DNA from: an uncultured Actinomycetes bacterium
GTDB taxonomy: Bacteria > Actinomycetota > Thermoleophilia > RBG-16-64-13
Length of the DNA stretch: 64,000 nt
Direction: 5' to 3'
Assembly (NCBI GenBank): GCA_963706025.1
Contig: CAVPLM010000014.1
Location: 64,001 to 128,000 of the forward strand
Shown: piece after piece, positions 42,699-54,546 of the stretch
Layout of the letters: each line of letters starts with the position of its first letter
Numbering within the stretch: position 1 is the stretch's first letter
The notes under the pieces: model-generated
Told to the model about the DNA's origin: nothing
Database searches by the model: none
The model's input: only the letters and a program-made list of their open reading frames with translations
Made by a program: the position numbers and the translations under genes

Positions 42699-43721
42699 GC
42701 CACCCGGGCAACACGCCGCTGCTCGAGGTCCGCGACCTACGCGTGGAGTTCCGGACACCTCATTGGCACCGTGCAGGCGGTGGATGGTCTCTCCTACACG
42801 GTATACGAGAACGAGATCGTCGGCATGGTGGGCGAGTCAGGCTGTGGCAAGTCGGCCAGCCAGTTGGCCGTGATGCAGCTCATCCAGAGCCCGCCCGGCT
42901 TCATCAGCGGGGGAGAGGTTATCTTCGGGGGGAAAGACCTCCTCCGCTACAAACGCAACGGTCCGGAGATGCGCGCGGTCCGAGGAGGCCAGATCGCCAT
43001 GATCTTCCAAGAGCCAATGACTTCGCTCAACCCCGTCTTGACGATAGGCGACCAACTGGTCGAAGCCGTCCGGGTGCACTGCGGCCTTAGGAGGCCAGAG
43101 CGGCAAAGCGCGGGCGATAGAACTTCTCAAGATGGTAGGCATTCCCGCGGCTGAGCGCCGGGTGAACGACTACCCTCATCAGTTCTCGGGCGGGATGTGC
43201 CAGCGCGTGATGATCGCCATGGGTCTCTCCTGCGGCCCGCAACTGCTCATCGCGGATGAACCTACCACTGCCCTCGATGTCACCACCCAGGCTCAGATGC
43301 TCGAGCTCATGAAGAGGCCTGGTCCAGAGAGCTCGAACACCTCCCTGGTCATCGTCACCCACAACCTGGGAGTGGTGGCCCGATACGTCCAGAGGATCTA
43401 CGTGATGTATGCCGGACGTGTCGTCGAAGAAGGGACCACGAAGGAGATCTTCGGCCGGCCTCGCCATCCTTACACGTTGGGGCTCCTCAGGTCGGTGCCC
43501 CGGCTGGACGAGACGAGGGCAGCCGACTGGTGCCCATCGATGGCATGCCGCCCAATCTCATCGATATGCCGGGTACCTGCGCCTTTCTGCCCCGATGCCC
43601 TTACAGCATCGATCGCTGCCGAACCGACCCCTGGCCCGACCTCACTTCTGTGGAAGATGGTCATCGTATCCGTTGCTACGTCGATCTGGAGACTCGTCCA
43701 GTTGAACACGCGCTTGCCTGA
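42695..43721 (+). CDS. dppD: Dpp/Opp-type ABC ATP-binding protein D, frameshifted
   Basis: [35 protein letters not shown]-terminal Cys motif. Confidence 0.88.
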
Positions 43722-44699
43722 CCAAGAAGAGGTCCTTCGCCTCGTCGACCTGGAGGTTTCACTTCCCCATCACGAGGGGGGTGTGGAGGCGCAAGGTCGG
43801 GACGGTGAAGGCTGTGGATGGGGTGAGATCTCACCGTGAAGCGAGGCGAGACCCTAGGCCTGGTGGGCGAATCGGGCTGCGGCAAGACCACTATCGGCCG
43901 CTCGGTCATCCGTCTCTACAAACCGACCTCCGGCCAAGTGTGGTTCGAAGGCCAGGACATAAGCCGTCTTGGCGAGCGGGCTTTGCGGCCTATCCGTCGC
44001 CGCATGAGCCTCATATTCCAGGATCCCAGCGGGTCCCTGGACCCCAGGAAGAGTGCCGGCTCGATCGTGGGCGAACCTCTGAGAATCCACAAGTTGGTGA
44101 ACGGCCGGCGGTCCTACGACGAGAGAGTGGAAGAGCTCTTCCGGCTGGTCGGGCTCGATCCTTCGATGATCGACCGGGTTCCCCACGAGTTCTCCGGCGG
44201 CCAACGGCAACGGATCGGGATCGCTCGGGCACTGGCCTGCGACCCTTCCCTGATCATCTGTGACGAGCCGGTTTCGGCTCTGGACGTTTCCATGCAGGCT
44301 CAGATCATGAACCTGCTTCAGGATCTCCAGGAAGGGTTGGGCGGCCTCGCCTACATCTTCATCGCGCACGACCTGTCGGTCGTGCGGCACGTGAGCGACC
44401 GGGTGGCCGTGATGTACTTGGGACGGATCGTGGAGTTGACCGAGTCCCGTATGCTCTACAGCGCTCCCCGCCACCCCTACACCAAGGCTTTGCTTGCTGC
44501 GGTGCCGATTCCTGACCCGTTCGTTGAGGAGACCCGGGAGCATACCGTCCTACGAGGGGAGATACCGAGTCCCCTGAGCCCACCGGAGGGGTGCACGTTC
44601 CATCCCCGTTGCTCGTACTGCGATCCAGCCTGCAAGACGCAGGTGCCTCAGCTCCGCGAGGTCGCTGAGGGCCACTACGTTTCGTGTTTGCTCGCCTAG
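43702..44699 (+). CDS. dppF: Dpp/Opp-type ABC ATP-binding protein F, frameshifted
   Basis: [45 protein letters not shown]. Confidence 0.9.
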
Positions 44700-44814
44700 C
44701 TGCCGAGCGAGGAAGGAGGGGGTAGGAGCCAGGAAGCCAGCGAGTGTCGACTTTGAGTTCCTCCGGCCGTTCGAGAGGCCGGACGGGGAAGGGCAACACA
44801 AGAGGAGGAAAGCA

Positions 44815-46568
44815 ATGCGAAAGACTATTTGGTTGGTGCTTGTAGCCGTGTTGGTCCTCGGGCTGGTCGCGGCCGTGGCCGTAGGCTGCGACGACGATGA
44901 GGGCACCACAACCACCAGCGCCGCCGGCACCGAGACCACTGCGGCACCCAGTAGCGAGACCACCGCGGCGCCCAGCACCGAGACGACCGTAGCTGAAGGC
45001 GAGCCGGTCATGGGCGGCATCGTCAAGACCGGCACCGTTTCACGCCCTGCCAAGTTTGGATTCCCTCCCACGGTTTTCGGGCCCGACCAGTGGTTCGAGG
45101 GCCTGTTCCTGGAGATGATGTTCAATCCCACCGATCAGATCGACGTCTACACTCCCGCTCTGGCAGAGAGCTGGGAACTCACGCCCGACAAGTCCGCCTA
45201 CATCTTCAAACTCCGCCAGGGCGTGAAGTTCCACGACGGCACGGATTTCAACGCGGCGGCATGTAAGTTCTGCTGGGAACTGGCGATGGGCTCCCCGCCT
45301 GCCGCCCCGCCCGGCCCACCGCCCGGCGAGGGTGGACCGCCGCCCAGCGAGGGGACCGCGCCGGTGGACCGCCGCCCGGTGGGCCGCCCGCCGGCCCGCC
45401 CCCGGACTTCGCCTTCGTGGACTCGATCGAGGTAGTAGACGACTACACGGTCAAGGTCAACCTGAAATCCTGGAGCAACCAGGTCCTGCCGTTCATCGGC
45501 CGCAAGTCCTGGGCTGTGTTCTCCCCGACCGCATTCGAGAAGAACGGCGCCGAATGGATGAACACCAATCCGGTGGGCACCGGCGCCTTCATGCTCAAGT
45601 CTTTCACCCCTGACCAGAAGATGGTGCTCGAGAAGAACCCGAACTACTGGGGCAAGGACGCCCAAGGCCGGCAGTTGCCGTACCTGGACGGTGTCGAGAT
45701 CCAAGTTTTCGGCGACCCCAGCACCATGACCATGGCCCTGCAGGCCGAACAGATCGATGGCACCGACCAGGTGAGCCTCGTCGGCGCCCAGCAACTGCAG
45801 AACGACTCCAAGTTCATCCTCAGCAGCTTCGGCGGACCGGTCCTGATGTTGGAGATGAACACTACGGATCCGGCTTCCGTGTGGAGCGACATCAAAATGC
45901 GACAGGCGCTGGAATACGCCCTCGACAAGGAAGGGATGGCCAAATCGGTGGGGATGGGTTTCACCCCCGCTGTTTACACGGTGATCCACAGCGTCGCCGA
46001 CGTTGTCGATCCGGGCACCACGCCGCGCACCTACGATCCGGAGAAGGCTAAGTCTCTGATGGCCGAGGCTGGTCATCCCACGGTGGAATTCACGCTCAGC
46101 TATGACACGAACAGGACGGACCCCGGCATGGCTGAAGCAGTCCAGGCGAACCTGGCCGCCGTCGGGATGACCGTCAAGCTGAACGGGATGAACACGGGGG
46201 CCTTTGCCGCAATCAGCACCACGGTGCCCCAGGGCAACGACATGATATTCCAGGGCCTGCGCGGTAGTTCCCCGAACGTCCTGCAGGGGGCCATCGAGAT
46301 GTACGGCAAAGGGACCATCTACTTCCCGGCTGCCAACTTCCCTGCGGACTTCTACACGCTCATGGATAAGGCGCAGACCCATCCGAGCATCGCCGACGCG
46401 AACCCCGACATCGCCCAGATGGAAAAGGTCGCCTACGACGATGCGCAGGTCTGCCCCATCACCATGGCGGCTTTCATCGCGGTGACCGGACCAAAACTGA
46501 AGAACATGGAATGGCACCTCGGCAATACTCCGACCCCGTGGTTCAACGAGGCTTGGCTGGCCCCATGA
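44815..46568 (+). CDS. Family-5 ABC substrate-binding lipoprotein, frameshifted
   Basis: Lipobox AVGC, Thr-rich linker, PALAESWE, LRQGVKFHDGTDFNA, PVGTGAF, KNPNYW. Confidence 0.88.
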
Positions 46569-46603
46569 TTTAGAGGCATAGCTGTCTTTTAGAGTGGTTG
46601 CGA

Positions 46604-46634
46604 CGCCCGGCAGCAGCGGCGCTGCTGCCGGGCG
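46604..46634 (+). other. Perfect 14-bp GC-rich stem-loop after the SBP gene (mRNA-stabilising hairpin or weak terminator)
   Basis: cgcccggcagcagc-ggc-gctgctgccgggcg; no U-tract. Confidence 0.55.
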
Positions 46635-46704
46635 CCCGCTCCGACGCAGAAAACCGCCGAATCACGCTCCGAACATGAAGGGCGTACGGCCCGAGGAGAC
46701 AGAA

Positions 46705-48337
46705 TTGACCGTATCAGTCATCACACGATCCATGGAGGCGGATGTCCTTGTGATCGGCGGCGGACTCGCCGGCTGCACGGCGGCCATCCACGCCCGCGCA
46801 CGGGGTGCCTCCGTCATCCTTGTCGACAAGGGCTACGTGGGCAAGTCGGGCCAGACGCCGTTCGCCGGGAGCTACTGCGTGTTCAACCCGGAGTGGGGCG
46901 ACGATCTGGAAGCTTGGATGGATCAGATCAACACGTACTCCGATCATCTCAACAACCGAGTCTGGACCGAACTCTGCTTCAAGGAGTCGCATGCCCGCTT
47001 CGAGGAACTCTCGGCTTGGGGAGTGCGGTTCGAGCAAGACCCGTCGGGACGGCTACGCCGGGGAGGCACACCGTTGGGGCCCTGCAGGGCGCTTAGCATG
47101 GAGGTCCGCGAGCCCTCCATGATCCTGCGCCGCAAGGTCCTCGAGAGTGGCACTACGGTCCTCGACAGGGTCATGGTGGCCGAGCTCCTTACCAGGGACG
47201 GCGCGGTCATCGGGGCCGCCGGCATCCCCATGGACGCCGAGGAAGTGCTCGTGTTCAGCGCCAAAGCCGTGGTACTCGCGGCCGGGGCCGGCGGGTTCAG
47301 ACCGACCAACTGGCCGATCAACAACCTCACCTCCGACGGCGACTGCATGGCCTACCGGTTGGGTGCCGAGATCACCGGAAAGGAGTTCGCCGACCCTCAC
47401 GCGGGTTTCGGCGACCGGGCCGGGCACATGGGCTTCGGGCGGTACGGCCGCGTCCCCGAGGGCGGAAGGCCTCGGATGGGACGCCGGGTCAACGCCGAGG
47501 GCGACCCGGTGGGCTCCGCCGGCACTCTCTTTCTGGACCTTGATTTCGAAGCCCACGCCGGGCGAGCCCCTATCTACGTGGAGTACGAAGGCGGAGAACG
47601 CCATCCGGTCGTCGGCGGGGCCGCCTCGGGGATGTCCACTCACAAGGCAGAAGGGGTGTGGCCGGCCGACACCGACTGCTCGTCGAACATACCCGGTCTG
47701 TTCGCCGCGGGTGACTCCCTCGGCACGATGCAATCGGGAGCCACCTACGCCGCCATCGGCCAATCGGTGCTCGGTTGCTCGGTCACGGGAACGCGGGCGG
47801 GCCTCGGGGCTGCGGCGTACGCCTCCCGGGTCGACGGGCGCCTCCCAGAAACAGGTGAGGTGGAGCGGGTGACCGAGGGTTTGGTCGCCGCCCCTCGAGC
47901 GTAAGGGCGGCTTCAGTGCCCGCTGGGTCACGCAGATGCTGCAGAACACCATGATCCCCTACTACGTGATGTACGTGAAGCATGGAGATCGCCTACGGGC
48001 GGCGCTCACCAACGTCGAGTTCTTCCGGGACCATCTGGGCCCCATGCTGTACGCGCGGGATCAGCACGAGCTGCGGATGGCGCATGAGACGAAGAACATG
48101 ATCTTGAACGCGGAGATGCGCCTGCGTGCTTCCCTCTACCGCACGGAGAGCCGGGGCTGCCATTACCGGGAAGACTACCCGCGTCGGGAAGACCCGGACT
48201 GGCTGGCCTGGGTGATCATCAAGAAAGGAGAAGACGGGCGGATGGAGCTCTTCAAGCGTCCGCTGCCCCAGGAATGGTGGCCGGATGTCTCCCAGCCCTA
48301 CGAGAAGCGCTACCCGGTGAGGATGCCCGGTGAGTGA
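46705..48337 (+). CDS. FAD-dependent oxidoreductase, AprA/SdhA/FrdA flavoprotein family (copy 1), frameshifted
   Basis: DVLVIGGGLAG, TSDGDCMAYRLGA, PGLFAAGD, ASLYRTESRGCHYREDYP. Confidence 0.85.
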
Positions 48338-48387
48338 CACATGGAAGAAACCCGGCTCCCGACCAATCCGAGTTGAGGAATCAGCGC

Positions 48388-48609
48388 ATGGCAATTGAGA
48401 AGATCGACCAGGAGCTCTGCATAGGCTGCGGCGACTGTGTGAACAGCTGCCCCATGGACGTGATCCGGATGGATGAGGAGACCGGCAAGGCCGTCATCCG
48501 CTACGGCGAGGACTGCATGATCTGCGATCAGTGCGCGCTCGATTGTCCGGTGGACGCCATCACCGTGACGTCCTCGAAGACCTCGCCACTCACGCTGAGC
48601 TGGGGATAG
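48388..48609 (+). CDS. 2x[4Fe-4S] ferredoxin, AprB-like (copy 1)
   Basis: CIGCGDCVNSCP..., IRYGEDCMICDQCALDCP. Confidence 0.88.
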   Translation: MAIEKIDQELCIGCGDCVNSCPMDVIRMDEETGKAVIRYGEDCMICDQCALDCPVDAITVTSSKTSPLTLSWG

Positions 48610-48624
48610 AGAAAGGGACCGGAA

Positions 48625-50410
48625 GTGAAAGAGACCTCGGTTGCATGCGATGTGCTGGTGATCGGCGGCGGCCTGGCCGGCTGCTTCGCCGCGGTCAAGG
48701 CGCGCGAGCAAGGGCTGGACGTGATCTTGGTCGACAAAGGATACGTGAGCCGCTCCGGGGAGACTCCCGATGCCGGCGACACCGCGGTGTTCGATCCGGC
48801 GTGGGGCCACGATCTCGAGCAGTGGCTCACCCAGGTCAGCGCCGTCGGCGAGTACGTCAACAACCGGCACTGGAACGAACTGGTCTTTCGTGACTCGCGG
48901 GAGCGGTTCGCCGATCTGCGCTCCTGGGGAGTCCGGTTTCTCGAGAAGGACGGCGAGCCCGTGCGGCTCGCCCATCCCCTGAAGAACACCAGCCTTCCCG
49001 ATAGGGACAAGTTCCCTCCCCTGGTGAGCGAGGTGGTCCACTGGCTGCCGGGGTTCCCCGAGATCATCAGGAAGCACGTGCTGAAGAGTGGCGTGCGGAT
49101 CGTGGACCGGTTCATGGTCACCGAACTCCTCTGCCAGGAAGGACGCGCGGTGGGGGCGGCCGGATTCGCCATCGAGGGGAACAAGCCCAGCGTGATCCAG
49201 GCGAAGGCGACCGTGGTTTCCGCCGGAGGAGGAGGTTTCCGGCCCATCGGCTATCCCACTCACGAGCTGACCGCCGACGGTCACGCTATGGCCTATAGGG
49301 CAGGGGCCGTCATAACCAGTAAGGAGTTCGTGAGCCCCCCATTCCACCAGCCCCGACCATCCGGCCTGGCCTCCGATGTACCTCTTCTTCTCGTCAGGGG
49401 GTTCGGCGGCTCTGCCCGGCTTCTGGGAGGACCCCAAGCTCTTCAACGCGCTGGGCGAAGAAGTACCGGCGCGCGGCATAGCCTGGCACGGGTGGCTTGA
49501 CGCCGAGTACGAAGCCCACGAGGGACGGGCGCCTTTGGTGCGCGATCTGGGGCGACGGGGCCGGCAGCCGGTCAGCGGACCGGGGGCGCACGGCTCCATG
49601 CTGGGGCATGCCACCGGAGGTATCTGTCCGGTGGACGACGATTGCGCCACTCACGTACCCGGTTTGTTCGCCGCCGGGGACAGCTGCGGTACCTGCTTCA
49701 TCGGGGCCTCCTATTCGGGCTTCGGCTTCGCCACCATGCACGCGGCCGCCACCGGGGCGCGTGCGGGCCTGGGAGCGGGCCGGGAGGCGGCGCAGACGGC
49801 GGCCGGCCGCGGCGGCTCTAGGCCCAGCCGGGCAGCGGCAGCCGACAGTGGGGCCGCCATGCTGGACAACCGTCTGGTGGCCGACGCCGTGGGCCGGGTA
49901 CTGGCGCCGCTCGAGCGGAAAGGCGGTTTCAGCCCCCGCTGGGTGACGCAGGTTCTGCAGAACACCCTGGCTCCCTACTTCGTGCTCTACGTGAAGAGAG
50001 GCGACCGGCTGCAGACGGCGCTGGATACGGTGGAGTACCTCCGCGACCACATGGTCCCGAAGCTCTACGCCCGCGATGACCACGAGCTCCGTCTGGCCCA
50101 CGAGACCAGGAACATGGTAACGAACGCCGAGATGAAGCTCAGGGCTTCGCTCTTCCGCACCGAGAGTCGCGGGACCCACTACCGCGAGGATCACCCCGGT
50201 CGGAACGACGAGGAATGGCTGGCCTGGGTCAGGTTGAAAGACGACGATGGTGCCATGGGGGCCTTCAAAGAGCCCATCCCCGCCGCATGGCACCCGGATC
50301 CGGCGAAGACCTACGAAGAGAGATACCCCATGCGCCTGCCGGGAGAGCCGACCGGGGCCGATAGGTCGCAGGGCGACCGGCCTGTCCCGCAGCCGGGAGA
50401 AGGGGGGTAG
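48625..50410 (+). CDS. FAD-dependent oxidoreductase, AprA/SdhA/FrdA family (copy 2), frameshifted
   Basis: DVLVIGGGLAG, TADGHAMAYRAGA, PGLFAAGD, ASLFRTESRGTHYRED. Confidence 0.85.
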
Positions 50411-50415
50411 CGGCG

Positions 50416-50634
50416 ATGCCCATTGAGTCTATAGACCCTGTCATGTGCAACGGCTGCGGCATCTGCGTGCGCAACTGCCCCATGGACGTGATCCGCATGG
50501 ATAGGACGATTCGCAAGGCGCAGATCCGCTATCCGGAGGACTGTATGTTGTGCGGCCAGTGCTTGGAGTGCCCGGAGAAGGCCATCTACCTCAAGCCGGG
50601 GTTCCTGCAGCCCACGCTACTGGGCTGGGAGTGA
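50416..50634 (+). CDS. 2x[4Fe-4S] ferredoxin, AprB-like (copy 2)
   Basis: CNGCGICVRNCP, IRYPEDCMLCGQCLECP. Confidence 0.87.
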   Translation: MPIESIDPVMCNGCGICVRNCPMDVIRMDRTIRKAQIRYPEDCMLCGQCLECPEKAIYLKPGFLQPTLLGWE

Positions 50635-50637
50635 ACC

Positions 50638-51807
50638 ATGGAGAAGCTTAGCTACCCCGTCACCGGCACCGGCATGAAGCGGTTCTACGGGCCCCGCGGG
50701 GAGATCGCGCGACCCGAGCCGGGAGAACCGTTCTACGGGCAGGACGCCTATTATCCGGGTCTGGAACCTTCCTATGAGGACAACGGCGACGGCACGGTGT
50801 CGGATCTGCACACGGGCCTTGTGTGGCAGAAGACCACCGACGCCAAGCCCGACTCGCTCGAGGGGCGCATCACCTGGTACGAAGCCGAGGGCTACGCCCG
50901 CGACCTCAGGCTGGGAGGGTTCGACGACTGGCGGGTGCCCGGCATCAAGGAGCTGGTGTCGCTGGTCGACGCCAACGGCGCCATGATGATCCACAAGCCC
51001 TACTTCGACGAGAGGTACTTCGATCTCACCTACGGCCCTAGCAACGTCGACGGCTACAGGGATATCGATTCCCAGCTCATCACCGGCACTTCCTATATCG
51101 CGAAATCTGTCCTGTTCTCGGATTGGTGGGTGGACTTCGGGGAGAAGCTGATCGAGCCCGGCAAGATGCACCTGGCGCCGACCTTTTTCGGCTACAACTT
51201 CACCGACGGCCGCATCAAGAGCTACCCGAAGGAGAACCACCCCTACAACGGGCTGCAGACGTGGTGCATCCGCTGCGTCCGAGGACCCGCCTACGGGGTG
51301 AACGACTTCGTCGACAACGGTGACGGGACCGTGAGCGACCGAGCGACGGGACTCATGTGGCAGAAGGCCGACGATGGCAAGGGGCGGACTGGAAGGAAGC
51401 GCTGGACTACGCGGAGCACCTGGAACTGGCCGGCTACGACGACTGGCGGCTCCCGAATCAGAAGGAGCTCCAAAGCATCGTCGACTACGACTTCATCCCG
51501 GCGATCAATCTCGTCTTCCATGTGAGCGACCCCCGGGGCTGGTTCTGGAGCAGCACGCCCTTCATCGACATGCCCGGACAGGCGGTGTATGTGGCGTTCG
51601 GCAAGGCGACGGGCAAGACTTCTGCGCGGCCGGAGGACGAATACGACGTGCACGGGGCCGGGGCGATGAGATCCGATCCGATGGTGGGGGATCCCGCCTG
51701 CTTCCCGGAGGGACGGAGGTCCGCAGAGAGACACCGTGAGGATCTACAACTACGTCCGCGCGGTCCGGAACATCGGCGCGCCTCGGCGGCCTCGGCATCC
51801 CCACTAG
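50638..51807 (+). CDS. DUF1566 (Lcl C-terminal) domain protein with two repeats, frameshifted
   Basis: Two DNGDGTV.D..TGL.WQ...W..A..Y...L.L.G.DDWR.P..KEL repeats; ends YVRAVR. Confidence 0.82.
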
Positions 51808-51830
51808 CAGCTCGGAAAAGGAGAGACCAC

Positions 51831-52831
51831 GTTGTCAGCACGAACGGCATCTCGCGCACGGACAGCGCCGTGACCCGACTTCCTGCGAGCATGGGGCCGC
51901 CGCCTCCCATCCCGCCCTACCTGCACGAGACGGAGTTCAGCGTCATCACGGTGGGCAGCGGATCGCCGGAGCTCAACCCCGAGCCGGGCCGGCGCCTGCA
52001 CCGTCGTTCAGTACAGGGGCAAGTACTACGTCGTCGACGCCGGCAATGGTTCGGCACTGAGCTTCATCAAAGGTGGTCGCCACGGCTCCTACCGCCCAGG
52101 GATATCGCCGCCGTCCTTTTCACGCACCTCCACCAGGACCACGTGAACGACTACTTCGACCTGGTGACGACCAGGTGGAGTGAGGGCGGCAAGCGCCTTG
52201 ACCTGATAGGGCCACCCGGGAGCCGGAGAGCTCCACGGCTTCCTCATACTTTTTTCAGGGACGACCTGGTCTACCGCTGGCTGGGCGCGGCCGGCAGGCA
52301 TCGACGGTGAGGGGATGTTTACGGGGGTAGACGTGCGAGAGCTCACGGGATCGAACGAGTTCGAGCTGGGAGGGATGAGGGTAACGACCGCCGAGATGAC
52401 CCACTCCATGTACGACCTGGGGTATCGCTTCGACGTCGAGAAGCGAGTCGGTGGTGGTGTCGGGAGACACTGCCTTCGACCGCCGCTTGATCGCGCTGCC
52501 GAAGGGGCGGATGTCCTGGTGATCGACGCCAACCCTTGGGCGCGATGGGACCAGGCCACCACCGCCGCGCAAGCTCTCTGGCCGAGTTGCCGGCGGAGTA
52601 CCAGGTACGGGTGCCATACCGGGGCGATCCCGAAGCGCCGAACCACATGTCCTTGCCCGAGGTGGTGCGGATGGCGGCGGAGGCGGAGGTCAAGCACGGT
52701 GGTGTTGACCCATCTGTGGCCGCTGCCGGTGGACGCAGGCGCTGGTGGAGCGGACAGAGGCAGCGTTTGTCACCGGAGGCTTCCAGGGGCGGGTGGTCTT
52801 TGCCGAAGACGGTCTGGAGGTAGCGGCTTGA
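51831..52831 (+). CDS. MBL-fold metallo-hydrolase (RNase Z/arylsulfatase-like), frameshifted
   Basis: GSGSP, VVDAG.G, FTHLHQDH, VSGDT, ADVLV, LTHLWP; start uncertain. Confidence 0.8.
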
Positions 52832-52879
52832 TACCCGACTGGTGCCAAATACGGTGACATGAACGAGGAGGCTCGATAG

Positions 52880-54113
52880 ATGAGAAGGTATATCGCCCGC
52901 TTCGTAGTCGACACCCACTGTCACATCACCACCCTCTACCAACCGGGAACGGACGCCGGGTGGGAGAAGGTGGAGAACGAAGAGTGGACCGGACTTGAGG
53001 CCGAACTGGCTCCGTTCGACAACTGCTTCCTGACCATGTACGACATGGACCGTACGGCGTCGACATGGCGGTCCTCTTGCCCAGCATCCCGGGGACGCTC
53101 GAACGAGACTCAGGCGAAGCTGGTCAAGCGATTCCCCGACAGGTTCCGGGCTTGCTGCAGCGACCAGAAGACCATCCTCAACGCGGTGCGAGGGCAAGGC
53201 GCCCTGGAGCTTCGAAGGCGGCGCTTGCACGAAGTGGAGGAGGCACTCAAGACGGGCTGGTTCGTAGGCATCGGCGAGTTCGCCCCGGGCTCGTACGCCC
53301 GGAACCTGCAGGTTCCCGGGGCCGAGGGCAAGGTCAGCTTCGAGCAGCGGGTGGAAGAGTGGGCGGCCCTCTGCGAGCTGGGGGTCAAGTACGACGTCCC
53401 GGTCCTTTGCCACGACCAGTTCATCTGGCACCGGGAAGGCAGCTGGACGCTGACCCAGCTACTGGCCAAGGTGTCGGAGATGAACCCCAAGGCCAAGATC
53501 ATGCAGACGCACGGCTGCGTCGAGGACGAGTGGACCCGGGGCCTGGACGCCATCAGGGAGATGTACACAGTGGTCGCCGGACTCGCCAACGTCTACATGG
53601 AGACCGGAGGCTGGTGCGAGAAGCAGTTCGAGGTGGCCTTCGAAGTCGGGGTCACCGCCGACCACCTGATGTGGGGACACGACTACGGCAACGTGCCCCA
53701 GCACATCGTGCGCCGGGGCGTGGAGAAGTACGGGCCCAAACCCAAAGCCCTCGAGTATCGCAATCACCATGTCGCTCATGATGTTCGGCTACAAGGACTG
53801 GCCGGCGGTGCCCACCTATCAGCCCGACTTCTACGGCTGGGGCCTGCGCACCGTCGACCGGGTGGGCGACTGGCTCACGCAGGACGAGATCAACCTGATC
53901 ATGGGCGGCACCGCCGCCAAGCTGTACAAGCTGCCGGTGCCCTACTCGCGGATGTTCCCCGAGGGCCGCCCGGACATCTTCGGCGACAGGGCGGCGGAAA
54001 GCGTGCCCTTCATCCCGCGGGAGCAGATCCAGCATCCCGATCCGGAAGGTCTGAGAATGTCGACGAACCCCTGCAAAATACCGCTGGGCCACATAACACC
54101 AAGCCGCCCGTAG
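52880..54113 (+). CDS. Amidohydrolase-superfamily protein, paralog of 39691-40783, frameshifted
   Basis: VDTHCHITTLY, GIGEF, THG, NVYMETG, WGHDYG, QDEINLIMGG. Confidence 0.85.
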
Positions 54114-54210
54114 GCGGCTGGTAGAAAGAAACAGAAGCGAGGGCGGATGTCGGCTTCGAACGTTGATCTAGACCACAGCTACCCGGTCGGGACCAGGGGG
54201 CATGAGACGG

Positions 54211-54486
54211 CTAGCGCATGCGCATCGCCTCGAGGAACGTCGGCGAGATCTCATAGCCTGCACGGTCACCGACTATCAGAGAGTCGCCGCAATGAGGGCA
54301 GATTGCGGTCCGGTCGACATCGCCTTCAGGATGATCCCGGTCGACTTCGTCGGTCCACTCCTTGATCTCCGCAGGGACAAAGGTGGAGAGACAGTTGAGG
54401 CAGCCGCATGTGTTGCTGGCCAGCACCTCTTCGCGGTTGTGCTTGGTGTGCTTGCTCACTTCCTCACGGTCGGCCCTTCGAAACAT
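54211..54486 (-). CDS. Small Cys-rich (zinc-finger-like) hypothetical protein
   Basis: AGGAGG RBS; CGCLNC...TAICPHCG. Confidence 0.72.
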   Translation of the reverse strand: MFRRADREEVSKHTKHNREEVLASNTCGCLNCLSTFVPAEIKEWTDEVDRDHPEGDVDRTAICPHCGDSLIVGDRAGYEISPTFLEAMRMR

Positions 54487-54513
54487 GTCGGCACCTCCTA
54501 ACGCGCGCGACGC

Positions 54514-54542
54514 TTGCACGCGTCAAACAATACTTGTATGAT
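54514..54542 (+). promoter_or_regulatory. Putative sigma70 promoter of the beta-helix/IclR operon
   Basis: TTGCAC-N17-TATGAT. Confidence 0.65.
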
Positions 54543-54546
54543 GGTT

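Noticed and set aside
46705-50634. Dissimilatory sulfate reduction (aprAB) or succinate dehydrogenase
   Set aside because: No sat, qmo, dsr or membrane-anchor genes; gene order is A-B and duplicated; similarity is only family-level.
50638-51807. Diversity-generating retroelement target (DUF1566/CLec fold)
   Set aside because: No reverse transcriptase and no near-identical TR/VR repeat pair in the window.
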